Assembly: GCA_013265495.1 (NCBI GenBank)
Contig: MU058444.1
Location: 2,728,001 to 2,792,000, forward strand
Reading direction: 5' to 3'
From: Vicugna vicugna
Taxonomy: Eukaryota
Length of the DNA: 64,000 nt
Under the pieces are notes generated by a model. That model worked only from the letters and a program-made list of their open reading frames with translations. It did no database searches and was not told where the DNA came from. Every line of letters begins with the position of its first letter. The first letter of the stretch is position 1. A program made the position numbers and the translations under genes. This document shows, one piece after another, positions 50,088-62,860 of the stretch.

Positions 50088-52314
50088 AAGGAAGAGAAAG
50101 ACCTTAAGAAGGTGTCTCTGGGGTTGTAAGCAGGAATTTTACCCAGTAGGGCGGACAGGGGCCTCAGAAGAGTCCCTGTGTGTTAAAGCCGAGTTCTTCC
50201 CTGGGCTGGCCCTCCCTGCCGAGTGGGGGTCGAGTGTGGAGCAGATACTGCCTGCTGGCCTCCAGTGGGTTCCTACCAGGGTACTCTGCTCTGCTCGTTA
50301 TGTGCTAAAAATGGTGCCTTTCAAGTCCATGATGTGAATTTTTATGTTGGGGCAGTTTTACCTAATGTATCATTGTATTGGGGGAATAGAGGAATTTAAT
50401 CAGCATGAAATCTTAGAATGTTCAAGTCTCAGGATAGCTAACTCAATATATAATAAGCAAATGTGAAAATCTGTCTTCACTGTTCTATTAGATTAAATAT
50501 GAAAAGTCAGAGTCGAAGGAAAATTATTTTGCTTAGAACAAAAGCATACTTTTAAACGTTTGCTTTGGAGAGCAGGAAGCAATTGTGTTGTAAGTGTGTG
50601 TAATTATCTGCATTCCTTTCCAACATCTTTGGGATCAAATTGGTTTTCTCCAAGAAAGGCAATTATATGCGGGAGGCCACTTTTTTGTTGAATTACTGTG
50701 TGTTGCACGCAGCGCATCCCACAAACCTGCAATCACAGATGCACCGCTATGACTTATAATACCCGCTAATTACAGCTTTGTATTAAAGGCTTTTGGTTTT
50801 CTGCTTCAGTAAACCTAAATTCTCCTTTTGAAGAATTGCTTTACATTAGGTCTTAGACCAAATAGTGAATCCTGTCTTTCGGAATCTCATCAGAGGTACT
50901 TGGTGCAGGAAGGACTTCTTGGTTGGCTTTATATGTGTGGCACCCAAGCTGGCTGGCTTCTTAGGGTGATTAAATAGAAGTGCTGGCCTGGTGGTGAGGG
51001 GGCCGCCGCCGTGCGGTGCAGAGGGGAAACCACAGAGCCCTCATCAGGTGTGTTTATCCTCTGGTGTTCCCCAGCCTTGAGCCCCTGTGCGGCACCAGGC
51101 GCGGTCCTCGCAGCCGGCTCGTGGTCCTGGCCCCACCCGTGCTTTACACAGCCCTCCAGCCCCACCCAGAGCAGCCGGTCCTGGGTGTGCTCGAGGGCTT
51201 CTTGTTGAGTCTGATGTGTAGCCAAGACTGAAGACACACGTCTGTTCAGTCCAGTTTGGTGGCTTTTCACTTGAAACATTATTCTTTCTTTCTTTTGTTT
51301 CGACTTCGTATTTCCACATTCCTCCTAGAAGCAGAAAATATGACCAAGCGAAACAGACAAACAAAATCAGGTTGCGTTCCTTCCCCTTGGGCTTCTGTGA
51401 TGGTCTAGTTCTAGTCAGGGACAAACACTTCCCTGGTGACTCCCTTAATGTTCGTAACTTCACCATTTTTTTTTTTCCATACGAAGAATATCTAACCCAA
51501 GGTTTCTTTGCTAAACTCATTTGTTTTTTAACCCTGTCGGGGACCTGCTTCTCAGTGAGACTTTACCAGTTTTTTCCTCTGAATATTTAAGATTACATTT
51601 TGACCTGGAAAAGTTTTAAAAATAAGGATTTGCAATCTTTTCCATTACATCTTTCTTGCTAATTACTCATTAAAGTCAATTTTGTTTAGGTGTCACACCC
51701 CTGAGGAATTGATAAGTGTTATCCATCCTTTTTACAAGGAGAGGAGGCAGAGTTAAGTACCAATTCATCTTGAATTTAAAAATGAAGTTAGTGTTTGTCA
51801 CCTGCTAAAGCTGCTGGGCCATCTTTTGTTTGAATCTAACTGAATCTAATCTAGTTGCAGCAGGTGGTCCAAGGCGCTGTCAGAAGTTCTGCAGGGGGAG
51901 TATTAGTAACGGTAGTAACAGTGCTGGGAGCAGCTACAGTTATGGGACCTTCCGGTGTGGAGCCGTGCTGAGGGCCCCACGCGCTGGCTGGTGGGAGCCG
52001 CGCACTAACCTTATGAGGTGGATGTACTGTCGCTGTCCCAAGTTCATGGGCGAGAACAAAGGGAGGGCCGGTGGAGGAGCAGGTTGGAGACTCCCCCCTC
52101 ACGCCTGTGCTCTCCCCGCCTGCGTTTCCCTGCGCACACCCCTTTCCTTCCAGGGGAGCTGCTCGCCCTCTCCTCCCTTCCGGGGCGTCAGGCAGCCCCC
52201 TGCTCGGGCATCCTTTCTTTCCCGGGAGAGGAGGCAGGCTCCCTGCTCGGCGGAGGGAGGGCTCCCAGAGGCCTGGGAGAGCCAAAGTGCAGTGTAGTTA
52301 CCGCCATTGTCACT

Positions 52315-52660
52315 TCTTTTTTTTTTTTTGCTGACACTTTTATTAAGATACAATTCATATCCTACACAATCCACCTGTTTGAAGAGCACAGTTGATCGGT
52401 TTTTCATATGTCCATAAAGTTGTGTCTCCACCACCTCAGTCCGGAGCATTCCATCACTGCAGTCGGCCGTCCCCTGTGCTCCAGGTTGGCCTCTCCTGGG
52501 AATTTCATGTCAGTGGACCTCATCGTGCAGGATGTGGCCTTTGGGGACTGGCTTCTCTCTCTCATAATGTTTTCGGGTTCACTTGTGCGGCACGCGTCCG
52601 TGTGTCTGTCCCTTTAGTTACCTGGTTGTACTCCATCACGTGTGAGTGGGTGAGCTGCTG
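52315..52660 (-). mobile_element. L1MB-like 3' fragment
   Basis: ttttattaagatacaattcatatcctacacaatccacc...gtggcctttggggactggcttct. Confidence 0.7.
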
Positions 52661-54411
52661 TGGGGGAGCAGACAGCTGGCTGTGTTGGTGTCTCCATCCC
52701 CCTCCTCTGACCCCCAGCCTTGCTCCAACTGTGGCAGCTGTGGCCCCGCTTCTGGTCACATCCAGACCGGCGCTGGCACAACTCGCAGGTGGAGGGGGGC
52801 CTGCCCCTCTGCACCTTTACTGCATCCACAGAGTGCTCAGTGTGAGTGTGTAGGGGAATGGTAGGGGATCTTTGCGTGATGTTTATGGTACGTGTATGTA
52901 AGTACGTGGAAGACCCAGCCTGGACATCTGACCTGGGCTGCTAGCAGGTCCCCGGCTCTGAGGCCCCACTTCTCCCTGAGGTGACTTTGGAGCCCACATA
53001 CCAGCCGTATGCAATAAGTTCATCCCCTCCCCAAGGGAGTTTAAATGTTCAAGTATGAGTCTAAGGTTTTGAAAGCCTTTGAAGTAAAACTAGTAAGTAT
53101 TCAAATATTAGAATCTTGAAGGTCATGGGGTCATAATGGATCAGAAAACTTAAGAGTACTTGTTGGTACCAAGTTATACAGGAAAGTCCAGAAATGGTAA
53201 TGTAGGTAATGGTAATACATTCAGCCACCAAAATGGCACAGTGATAATATCCTATTTAATTCTGCCAGAATTCCAGCTAAAGGCAGGTTTAATGGATGAG
53301 AGACCTCATGGCTTCTGTGTGTTCTGATAAGCTTTGCATAGATACCAGCCGTAGCCCTTGAGTGAACTGCAGATCCACAAGAGCAGGTCTCTTTACAGTA
53401 CTCTGAAACGCATTCATCTGCTTCAGTTAGATTTTATAGCTAGCATGTCTTCCTTTCCTGTTTGTTAATGTTTTTAATATTATACCTTATAAAACTATTC
53501 ACAATTTCACTGTCATTGTATTACATTGTATCTGTAGTGTAACATCATTGGCTGTGAAAGATGAACGTTCAGCTGTGTACTTACCTTGTTCTTTGCTAAA
53601 AATCCTGCAGGTCCTCTTGATTCATCAATTTAAATATCATACAGTTTAAATAATATGATTATGTGACTTAAAACTTTATAATAAACTGTAAGAAACCGGG
53701 AAAAGATTTTAGTTACTAATTTGGTGAATGAGTTGGCTTTTAAGTATTTTGTGAAATTTAATACCTACTTTTTGAAGATGGTAATGTTAGCTATTACTTA
53801 CAAATAGTACTGCATGGTTACAGTTTGAAGCCCGCATATTTGTTTAAAAGCAGTATAAAGCTGACTTCAGAATTAATAGCATCAAATATCAAAAGTGTTC
53901 TTTAAAACTTGAAATCCATAGAAAATAGCCTTTCTTCCACTCTTCAAAGGAAACCAAAATGCCTTCCAATTTGTATAGCATTTTGTTTAAAATGAGTGTT
54001 TTTAAAACTCTGTTTGCATGCAGCTTTTCACATTTACACATCTCTAAGCTGTGTACTGCCACTGCTAACAGCAGCAATGATAGTAATGGATATTGAGTTA
54101 AGTAGTAAATGACTGTCAAGTTTTTAAGAGTAGAATAATGGACAGGAAGCTACAGTAGTGGCAGTGAGTGGTGATAACGGATTTGAAAGTCAGCATAAAA
54201 CAAGTAGTGTGTGTATGTGAATATAAGTAGTATTTTTTCCAGTGAGAATCACATACCCCACTTAAGTTGTAAGCTGTTTACTTCCTGGAAAGCTCAGTAT
54301 TCCTCGCTCACAGCCACAATGGTCATCGTGCCAGTGGTAATTCAGAACCATGTGCTGCTCTAAAATGTAAATAGTAATCAATATTAAAATAACAGAATGG
54401 CTGGCGCTGGT

Positions 54412-54560
54412 TGTTTACTGTGCGCCAGATGACGCGCGGATATTTCCCAGATATTTCCCACCCACAACCCCGTGAGGTGTAGGGCTTTCCCGCTTTACAG
54501 ATGAAGAAACTGAGGCACAGAGAGGTTAAGCAACGTGCCAAAGGTCACTTGAATTTGACC
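54412..54560 (-). mobile_element. MIR
   Basis: tttacagatgaagaaactgaggcacagagaggttaagcaacgtgccaaaggtcac. Confidence 0.85.
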
Positions 54561-55149
54561 ATTATCTGTGTTCATGACTCCTGTCATGTTGCTTTGTTTA
54601 GTCATTTTCTATTAGATTCCTTTTCTTGCAGGATGAAACGCTGTACGTTTGTTGTCACAGGTTGATCAAGTAGGAGGTATGGCACCTCTTCTGAGTACAT
54701 TTCCTGATACACACAAAAACACGTATGAGATAGAGATGAACGTAACTCTACTAACATTATTTAATTTTGCCTTTGTAAGAATCTTTTCTTAGCTGGAAAT
54801 TTGAAGTGAACTTTAGCTGGGGGTGGGGGTGACTAGAATTTGTGTCTACCCTGGAGGCAGACAGACCTGAGTTTGAAGCGTTAAGTAACGCTGGTCTCCC
54901 AGCTGCTCCCTTGGGCAGGCTCTGAGCATCTCCAGCCTGAGCTCCTCAGCTGTGAAGCGGTTGCCATTATTCCGTGGTTCTGTTACTGACTGTCCTAAAG
55001 ACTGAAGAGGATTGATTCAACTGTATTCTAGGTTAAACGTTTAGTATAGTCATTCCATATAAATTTTAGCAGCTGGTCTGAAAATGGAAAGAAAGCCTGT
55101 GAATTAAGAATAGATCATCCTTTCCATAATGTATACAAATGGCAAATCA

Positions 55150-55610
55150 CGATACTGTGCAACCAGAGCTAACACAGTGTTGTAGGTCAGTTATACCACA
55201 AGGAAACAAGTAAACAAACAAATGAACTCATAGGAAAAAAGATCAGATCTGTGGCTACCAGATGAAGGGAGTGGGGAGAGAGGGAATTGGATGAAGGTGG
55301 TCCAAAGGTGCAAAGTTCCAGTCATAAGATTAACACGTACTAGGGACGTAATAAGGCACCACATGAGAAATATAATTAACGCTGCTGTATGTTATATCTG
55401 ATAGTGGTTAAGGAAGTAAGTCCTGAGAGTTCTCATAACAAGAAAAATGTATTTTTTATTTTATTTTCTATTTATATGCGATGATGGATATTTACTAAAC
55501 TGATTGTGGTCATCATTGCATGATGTATGTAAGCCACATCATTATGTTATGCATCTTAAACTGATCCAGTGCTGTTTGCCAGTTCTCTCTCAGTAACACT
55601 AGAAGGAAAG
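55150..55610 (+). mobile_element. L1MA/MB-like 3' end
   Basis: gatctgtggctaccaga...aagttccagtcataagat...gagttctcataacaag...tgtggtcatcattgcatgatgtatgtaag. Confidence 0.78.
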
Positions 55611-56150
55611 GAAAAGAATATAACATGTGAACTGAGTTATGGGAATGTTAGTTGATAACTCTGAGCAGTAAGCAGTTGTCTTTCTAATACAGTGACACAA
55701 TCCAAATTGCTTTATTGACCATAGTTACTTGGTTGCTGTGTTAGTGAACTACTCTAAAAGATGCATCAAAACTTAAAATAATTCTTTCAAGAACAGGAAT
55801 AGGAAAACTTACATATCAGTTGCTTTTCTTCATACCCTTTTCATGATCTGTCTTTTTTCTTAGCTCTTAACTTGAGTAGAGAGAGAACTAATGATTTTTC
55901 CCATCTGAGAAGGAGATAATTTGTAGCCTTGGGAGATTTCTAAAAGATAGACTTTTAAGCGTAATCTAAAATGCTCTTATAGCTGTCTTGCGAGGGAAGA
56001 AAGCCTTTTCTTTCTCCGTCCCTCACAGCTGGATATACTGTCCCATATATACGTGGTCTTTAGAGAACAGTCAGACGCACCAGAGAACTTACAATGGTGC
56101 TGCGACGGCTAAGGGAATAGTGGATCAAGACCTGACAACATATCTAAGGG

Positions 56151-56632
56151 NNNNNNNNNNNNNNNNNNNNNNNNNNNNNNNNNNNNNNNNNNNNNNNNNN
56201 NNNNNNNNNNNNNNNNNNNNNNNNNNNNNNNNNNNNNNNNNNNNNNNNNNNNNNNNNNNNNNNNNNNNNNNNNNNNNNNNNNNNNNNNNNNNNNNNNNNN
56301 NNNNNNNNNNNNNNNNNNNNNNNNNNNNNNNNNNNNNNNNNNNNNNNNNNNNNNNNNNNNNNNNNNNNNNNNNNNNNNNNNNNNNNNNNNNNNNNNNNNN
56401 NNNNNNNNNNNNNNNNNNNNNNNNNNNNNNNNNNNNNNNNNNNNNNNNNNNNNNNNNNNNNNNNNNNNNNNNNNNNNNNNNNNNNNNNNNNNNNNNNNNN
56501 NNNNNNNNNNNNNNNNNNNNNNNNNNNNNNNNNNNNNNNNNNNNNNNNNNNNNNNNNNNNNNNNNNNNNNNNNNNNNNNNNNNNNNNNNNNNNNNNNNNN
56601 NNNNNNNNNNNNNNNNNNNNNNNNNNNNNNNN
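56151..56632. other. Assembly gap (482 N)
   Basis: Run of N. Confidence 1.
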
Positions 56633-56719
56633 GAGCAGGGGAAGAGGACCGTGCGGTTGGAGTTCGTTTGTGCTTAATTCACTAGGCAATGGAAAACCAT
56701 CTGGGACATTTAAAATTTA

Positions 56720-57310
56720 GGTTTTTCTTTTTTCTGAGATTTTTAACTGTGTAGTTTGAAATAATTGTCGATTTGCAAGATGTTGCCCCCCCCACCCCCA
56801 AGAAATGTAGAGGCAGGTCCCATGTGTCCTTCACTCAGTTTCCCCCAGTGAAAGCATCCCGCACCCAGGATACAGCACAGCACTGAAACTAGGACACTAC
56901 ATGGTGCTGTGCACAGAACCATTCAGAATTCGCTGGTTTTACCTGCACGTGTGTGTGCGTGTGTGCGTGTGCGTGTGTGGGTTTTATGTAATTTTACCAC
57001 ATGTATAGATCCATGTAAGTATCACCCCAGGCTTCCCATTGTAGCTACACCGACTCTTTTTTCCTTCACTCCATCGTTCACTTCCTGAAGTTTGGTATGT
57101 TAGGAATGTTATATAGAGTCATGGAATATGTGTTTAAACAAAAAAACCCTTTTATTTTTAAATAATCATAGATTGATAGGAAGTCCAAATACAGTACAGG
57201 GAGGTCCCTCCCATGTACCCTTCACTTGGTTTGCCCCAGGGGCTGCATCTTACATACCTGTATCTTAGTGTCAAACCCAGGAGGTCGGCCTTGGTACAGT
57301 GTGTGTGTTG
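56720..57310 (-). mobile_element. Old L1M 3'UTR fragments
   Basis: tttgaaataattgtcgatttgcaagatgttgc...ccttcactcagtttccccca, and a second piece tacagggaggtccctcccatgtacccttcac. Confidence 0.65.
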
Positions 57311-57469
57311 TTCCCGGGGTGGCCACTGTGAGCAGAGGACGGCAGGGGTATCTGTGGATGTGGACAGTAAAGAAAACGGAGAGGCAAAGGACAAAGGAGA
57401 TTTGGGTATTGGTGTTTGGTGATGAAAGTTGGGGTACTGTCAATAAAAAGCGATTGTTCAGAATTTTCT

Positions 57470-58200
57470 TTTTAATTTAGGAAAATGATAAATTTGGTTT
57501 CATCACGATCATTTTGAGAGCACCTGGGTTATTTGGGTGGAGGTGTTCAGAAGGACGTTGTAAATCTGGGTCTGTAGCTTAAAAAGGTTAGGGCTAGAAT
57601 TATTTGAAGATCAAATGTAGAACGATAATACTTCACCTTTTGCTTGGAGATGGGCAGTGGTAAGCAGAAGAGATTCATGAACCTAGGAGGGACCAGTGTG
57701 ATAGACATTGGTGGTCCTCAGGGTCACATCCCATAGCAGATGGGAGAAGATAAGGCTGGAAGAACGGTGTTGAGGACAGTCCACTGTACGTGCAGACGCC
57801 TGACCCGAGGGGACTGAGGTGTAACTGTAAGCAGTAATTTTGGGGATTTTTTTTTTTAAACCCAGAAGAAGTAAGCATGCTTATGTAAAGAGGAGGGAGG
57901 AGCCAGTAGGGTCATGAATGATTTAAATCGATGCATGTGAGAGCAGACCATCTCAAAGCTGCAGAGCAAAGGTACCTAGTAGGAAGAAGCAAGAGGAGAC
58001 GGCGTGTTAGGGCAGCATCAAGAGACAGGAGAGAGAATTGTCTTTGCCGAGGAAATGAACTGTGTCCTCTGTGGACCCAGGAGGCAAGGAAGCAGAGGAT
58101 GTGCCAAATACAGAGATTGTGCAGGAAGGGGACTGAGGACCAACGTCAGACGGCCTCCGTGATCCTCTTGGGAAAGTAGATTGTTTCCTAGGAGACATTT
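57470..58200 (-). mobile_element. Degenerate L2
   Basis: aaaatgataaatttggttt...ggtggaggtgttcag...atctgggtctgtagctt. Confidence 0.45.
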
Positions 58201-59369
58201 TGGATGATTCCAGATTATTTATTTTGTAAAGAGTGGCTTTGATTAAAGCCTCAGGACATGAGCACAATACAATCTTTCATTAAAATGTGTGAGCAGCAGC
58301 AGCAGCAGCAAAAAGAAATGCCAGCAGCATAAACACTGTATGCTTATAATCCTGTCGTGGGCTTGTTTTAAAAGGGACACACAGATGTCCAAAAAGAAGT
58401 TGTATTAAAAAAAATTATGGTGAACATGAAAACACACTGATCACCTATGATCCATAGCTTAAAGAAACCCCACCCCAACCCAAATTTATGACTGTCAGAT
58501 GAACGGGAAGCTAGGGTTTTCTAGTGATGCAGCGCAGAGGAAAGGCAGTAGCACTACTGACTGTTAGTTTGGTGCAGATTACGAGATTCTGTGGGCTGAG
58601 AAAGCAATCATAGGGCCAGCCTTGGGGAAGAGATGGGGCAGTGGGGCGACCCCGTTGCTGTGGTCCATGTGGGATGCAAGTGGGAGAGGCGGTGCCTGTT
58701 GGCGCTAAGGCATCGTCAGTCACTGAGACGTGGTGTTTCGTCCAGCAGAAGTACCTTTGTTGTGAAGGGAGATATTTCTTTTCTTTGAAATGTAAGGTTA
58801 CATAACTTGCAATGAAATGTGAACCAGTATTGGGCTAAACAAAGGTGCAGGAAGACAATTGTGATGTAGAAGTAGTTAAAAAAAAAAGTAAATAAATGAA
58901 GTGGCCCGAGTTTGATGCTTAAGTGATTAAGATATTAAGCAGTTCTGGCAGCGTTAAAATAGTATCAGGCTTTTCCTCATTCATGGATTTAACAGTACCT
59001 TATGCTCTTTCAAATATTTGATCCTATAATTACTGGTTACTATTAATAGGTAACATTTATTTGCTTCATTCTGCGTGTTCGCAGATGGTATTGTGACCTT
59101 GCTTGAACTTTATAGATCTACAAGCTTTAGAACTTGGGAAATTAAAACCATGTTTTGCACTCGGTTGATTGTACAAAAGCTTTTTATACCAGATTCAAAA
59201 ACCTGGTGCGTTACAGCATTGGCGCAGGTGTGCAGACGTAAGTGATCGGTGGGGCTGGTCGTAGGGAGTATTCCGCCGTTCGCTGTCGTAGTTGCTCTGT
59301 TGCCGTCTGGACTGAGAAGGCGTGGGTATGCCTATCACCCGGGAGCAGTTGGGAATGAGGAGACACTCA

Positions 59370-59935
59370 CGTGGCTTCTTATCACACTCAGGATAACAAA
59401 TCCCGCCTCCTCGCCGTGATCCGAAAGCAGGGCACGGTTCCTGCGTGTCTGCTCAGCTTCATCTTGTGGGACCCCCGTCTCCTGACTGTTCTGCAGCCGC
59501 TCCATCCCGTCCCAGGACCGTCCTTCCTGGTCTTCCTTCCCTGGGGACCACTCCTTCTCCAGCTTTCTGGGTCCACACCTGGACTTCAGGCCCTTAGCAT
59601 TTGTTTTTCCCTCATCCTGGAATGTTTCCCCCGCAGATACTGAGATGGTTTGGGTCCTCAGTGTGTTCAGGTCTTTCTCTTCAGATGTCATGTTCTCAGC
59701 GGGAACTCCCCTGCTTACAGCAGCCAGGCCCTCCCAGCCTTCCTCACCGCCCGTCCCCGTGCCTTGTTGTTTTCACTGCTGCACTTAATCGTCCTGATGT
59801 AAGACTTTATATTCGCTTACCGTCTCCACTACTAGGGGGCAGGGACTTTGCCTGTTCACGTTTCTCTCCATAGCATCCAGAACAGTGACTGAAGGGGGAG
59901 ACATTCAGATGAAGACTGGTGAGTGGATGGATGCT
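59370..59935 (+). mobile_element. L2 3' region
   Basis: gtggcttcttatcacactcaggataacaaatcc...cttcaggcccttagcatttg...gggcagggactttgcctgttc...catccagaacagtg. Confidence 0.7.
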
Positions 59936-60169
59936 TGCTCAATTAAATTGTAAAGACGAGTCACTGGGGAGCCGGTGTTCTGGAGATACTGAAATAGTGG
60001 CTTAGCTGTGTGGGGCGATTAGGCGAGGGATCGGCGTCCACAGTGGAGGTGCAGGTTCTGTGATGTCACGTAGCCAGGAGATGAGTTTCACATCCTTCTG
60101 GCCACCCTGGTTAGTCCAGGGTATCTTTACAAACACAACACCTGGCTGTGCTTGCACGTCCTCCGTTGC

Positions 60170-60303
60170 CCTGTTTTCTGTAGCTCTGCCTTAGATTCTG
60201 TGAGCTGCTCCAGCCTCGACTCCTTTAAACAATCACTAGTTTCCTCCTCTGCTGGTTAGAGTGTGGGGGTCTGTTCCTTGCCTCTAAGGGTTCTGCCTGC
60301 TGT
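60170..60303 (+). mobile_element. Possible ERVL LTR 3' fragment
   Basis: agattctgtgagctgc...ggttagagtgtggggtctgttccttgc resembles LTR33/LTR41-type ends. Confidence 0.35.
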
Positions 60304-62239
60304 AGGTGGACAGAGACAGGTTGTGTAAATTAGCTCAGTGTTTGATGTTTGTAACTGTTAACATTAGACCTGAGTGGGTATTGCTCTGTGGAAAGGGCTG
60401 ATAAGTAAAATGCTGCATTTTCTTGCTCTTTGAGTTTAAGGTCTCCAAGCAGAGTGGAAGATAAGAAAAAAAATTATGTCTGTATTTCAGGAACTCTTAG
60501 GTTATAGGAAATAGGAATGTCTGTTGTGGTCCACACGTTACCAATGGCTAGAGAATTGTCCATTTATTCATTTATTCAGGAGATGTTGAATGAGTGCTTA
60601 CCGTGTATAGGACATTTTCCCTATATACAAGGGCCAATTAATTCACGTGACAGTCATTTATTGAGTGAAGACTTGATATGGCGTTTATGGGGCAGGGATG
60701 AACACGCCACCGCCTCTGCCCTCAAGGAGCCTGGAGTTCAGGAGAGAGAGAGTGATGGGCACACGTACGTGTGGGAGCAAAGGAGGGGTCATCAACGGTA
60801 AGGCTAAGGGACAGACAGACTGGCTTTCTGGAAGGCTGGAGCAGGTGACACACGTGACCACCTGCAGAGGAGCGGTCCCACCCTATGGAGAGAGCACAGG
60901 CGTGACAGCACCTGCCACCAGGAGCAGCCATCCCAGGATGTGGCCTGCAGCTGTCAGAGTCACCAATGAAGGCACAGCTGACATGGACAAGGGATGAAAC
61001 AGCTCTCACCCACCTAGAGAGGAGGTAGGCCCAGATCAGCTTCAGCACTAAATGTTGGTCCCCCCGCCAGCGGGCCTGGCAGGGAAGTGGTCGATTTGCG
61101 CCCCTGTGTCCTGCAGGTGGAGGGCCTGTCCTCTCCCTGCCCGCGACAGTGGCGGTAGTGGGGTTAGCCAGACGCCACAGGACACACAGACTCGAGCAGA
61201 TCAAAAAAGTGCATGACAAACCCAGAATGGGGAGAGATTCCCAGACAGGGCAATGGGCATGGCAGGCTGCGAGGGCTGGTCCTGGTAAGGAGATGGTCCC
61301 GGCCCAGGGCGTGGCCTCCCGCAGCCGCACAGCGGGGGGCGCCCCTCCCAGACATCTCATGGGCAGGAGTGGTGTTGGAGAGTTTGACTCTATTTTAAGA
61401 ATTATTCTTAATTGTTGGCATTAGTCTGACAATTGGATTAGAGGTTTGTTTATAATTTTAAGTGTGTGTGTCATGCTTTGAAAGAGTCAGATTATTTATC
61501 CTCAGTGTCATCAGTTAATCCTTACAGATTGTCCCGATTTCTGACATTTGACCAGTTTCCTACACTGTGGCGCAGGGAGCTTCTTCCTCTGCTAAGTTGT
61601 CTGATGTTCTGGCGGGATGGAGAGGTCACGTGGGCTGTGGGCTCCTTTTCCCAAAACCAACTGTGGAGAAACTTCAGAGGTAAGAGGAAAGCATGGATCT
61701 GAGGAAATACAGCAACTGTGGAAAACTTGGGGGCTGACGGAGGCTCTTGTGAGTTGGTGTGCGTGTTTAGTCCAGGGTGTAGGGCAGCCTGAGAACCCGG
61801 GAGAAGATGCACTGTTTTCCGATTTTTCCTTTTAAGTTGTGTTTTTGACCTTCCTCCAGTTGCCTTGAAGTGACGCTTGCTGCTGGTCTGCTGCAGAAAT
61901 TGGTGGTGCAGGGTCCTGTCAGGGCAGCACAGGGGCCGGATGGGGTGAGGAGCTGAGAAAACAGGTACCAGCCAGCCAGCGACCCCAGGGCACTTGCTCC
62001 TCCTGGGACTTGTGGATTATGCCGAATGGAGGCTGCTGCCGCTTTTAAGAGGTCGAAGGCTGACCCCGTCCAGTAAACAGAAAGGGTCAAGGTGGTAATC
62101 TGGTGCCTGTGGCTCATCCCCCTCCTTCCCCCGCCCCCTGCTGCCTCCTCAAAGTCACAGGGAGAGATAATACTACTAGGACTTGAGTTTGGGTCGTTTT
62201 CACACGTTTTCAGAGCTATTAGCTCATATCCTTCGGTGA

Positions 62240-62840
62240 AATGACCTTATAGGCCAAAATAATTAGACTCATAAAGAGTATAGTGTAGCTACGATTGAAG
62301 ACATAAAAGGATAAACTGAATGCCTCATGAAGCAGCATCATTAGAACAGAGGGATTAATAATGTAAAACAAACATAATCAACATACTCAGTGACCACGGA
62401 GGATGCTTAATAGCATTTAGAAGGAACACAAAGTCATAAAAAGAACAAAGTGGAAATATTAGATATGACAAGTTTAGTAGTTGAAGTAAAGAATTTAATA
62501 AATCAGATAAACAGGATGGATACTAGTGAAAAGTGATTTTTTTGAACTTGAGGATCATGTTGAGGAATTCTGAAGGCAGAGGAAAAGCAGAGAGAGAAAA
62601 TATCGAATAAGCTAAGAAGTACGGAGGAGAGAGGCAATGGGGCCAATGTTCAAATAATAGGATTCCAGAGGGGAGGAAAGAGACTGGCAGAGAGAAGAAT
62701 ATTTAAAGAAGTAATGATGGTAAATTATTCATAATTAAGAAAGAATTAAGACTTCAGATTGAAGAGACGAATAGAATACCAAGGAGCAAAGATAAAAACT
62801 CATATCTCAGCAGATGAGTGAAATTTAAGAACATCATAGC
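62240..62840 (+). mobile_element. Ancient degenerate L1/HAL1 ORF1-like fragment
   Basis: A-rich, with ORF1-like landmarks (aataataggattccagag, aatatttaaagaagtaatg, acttcagattgaagag). No open frame. Confidence 0.6.
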
Positions 62841-62860
62841 CATTCCCATCTAAAGGCCTT

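Noticed and set aside
55988..56689. 229-aa and 181-aa ORFs
   Set aside because: Artefacts of reading through the N gap.
60722..61424. 212-aa ORF and neighbours in a GC-rich patch
   Set aside because: Low-complexity composition, several overlapping frames open, no domain similarity.
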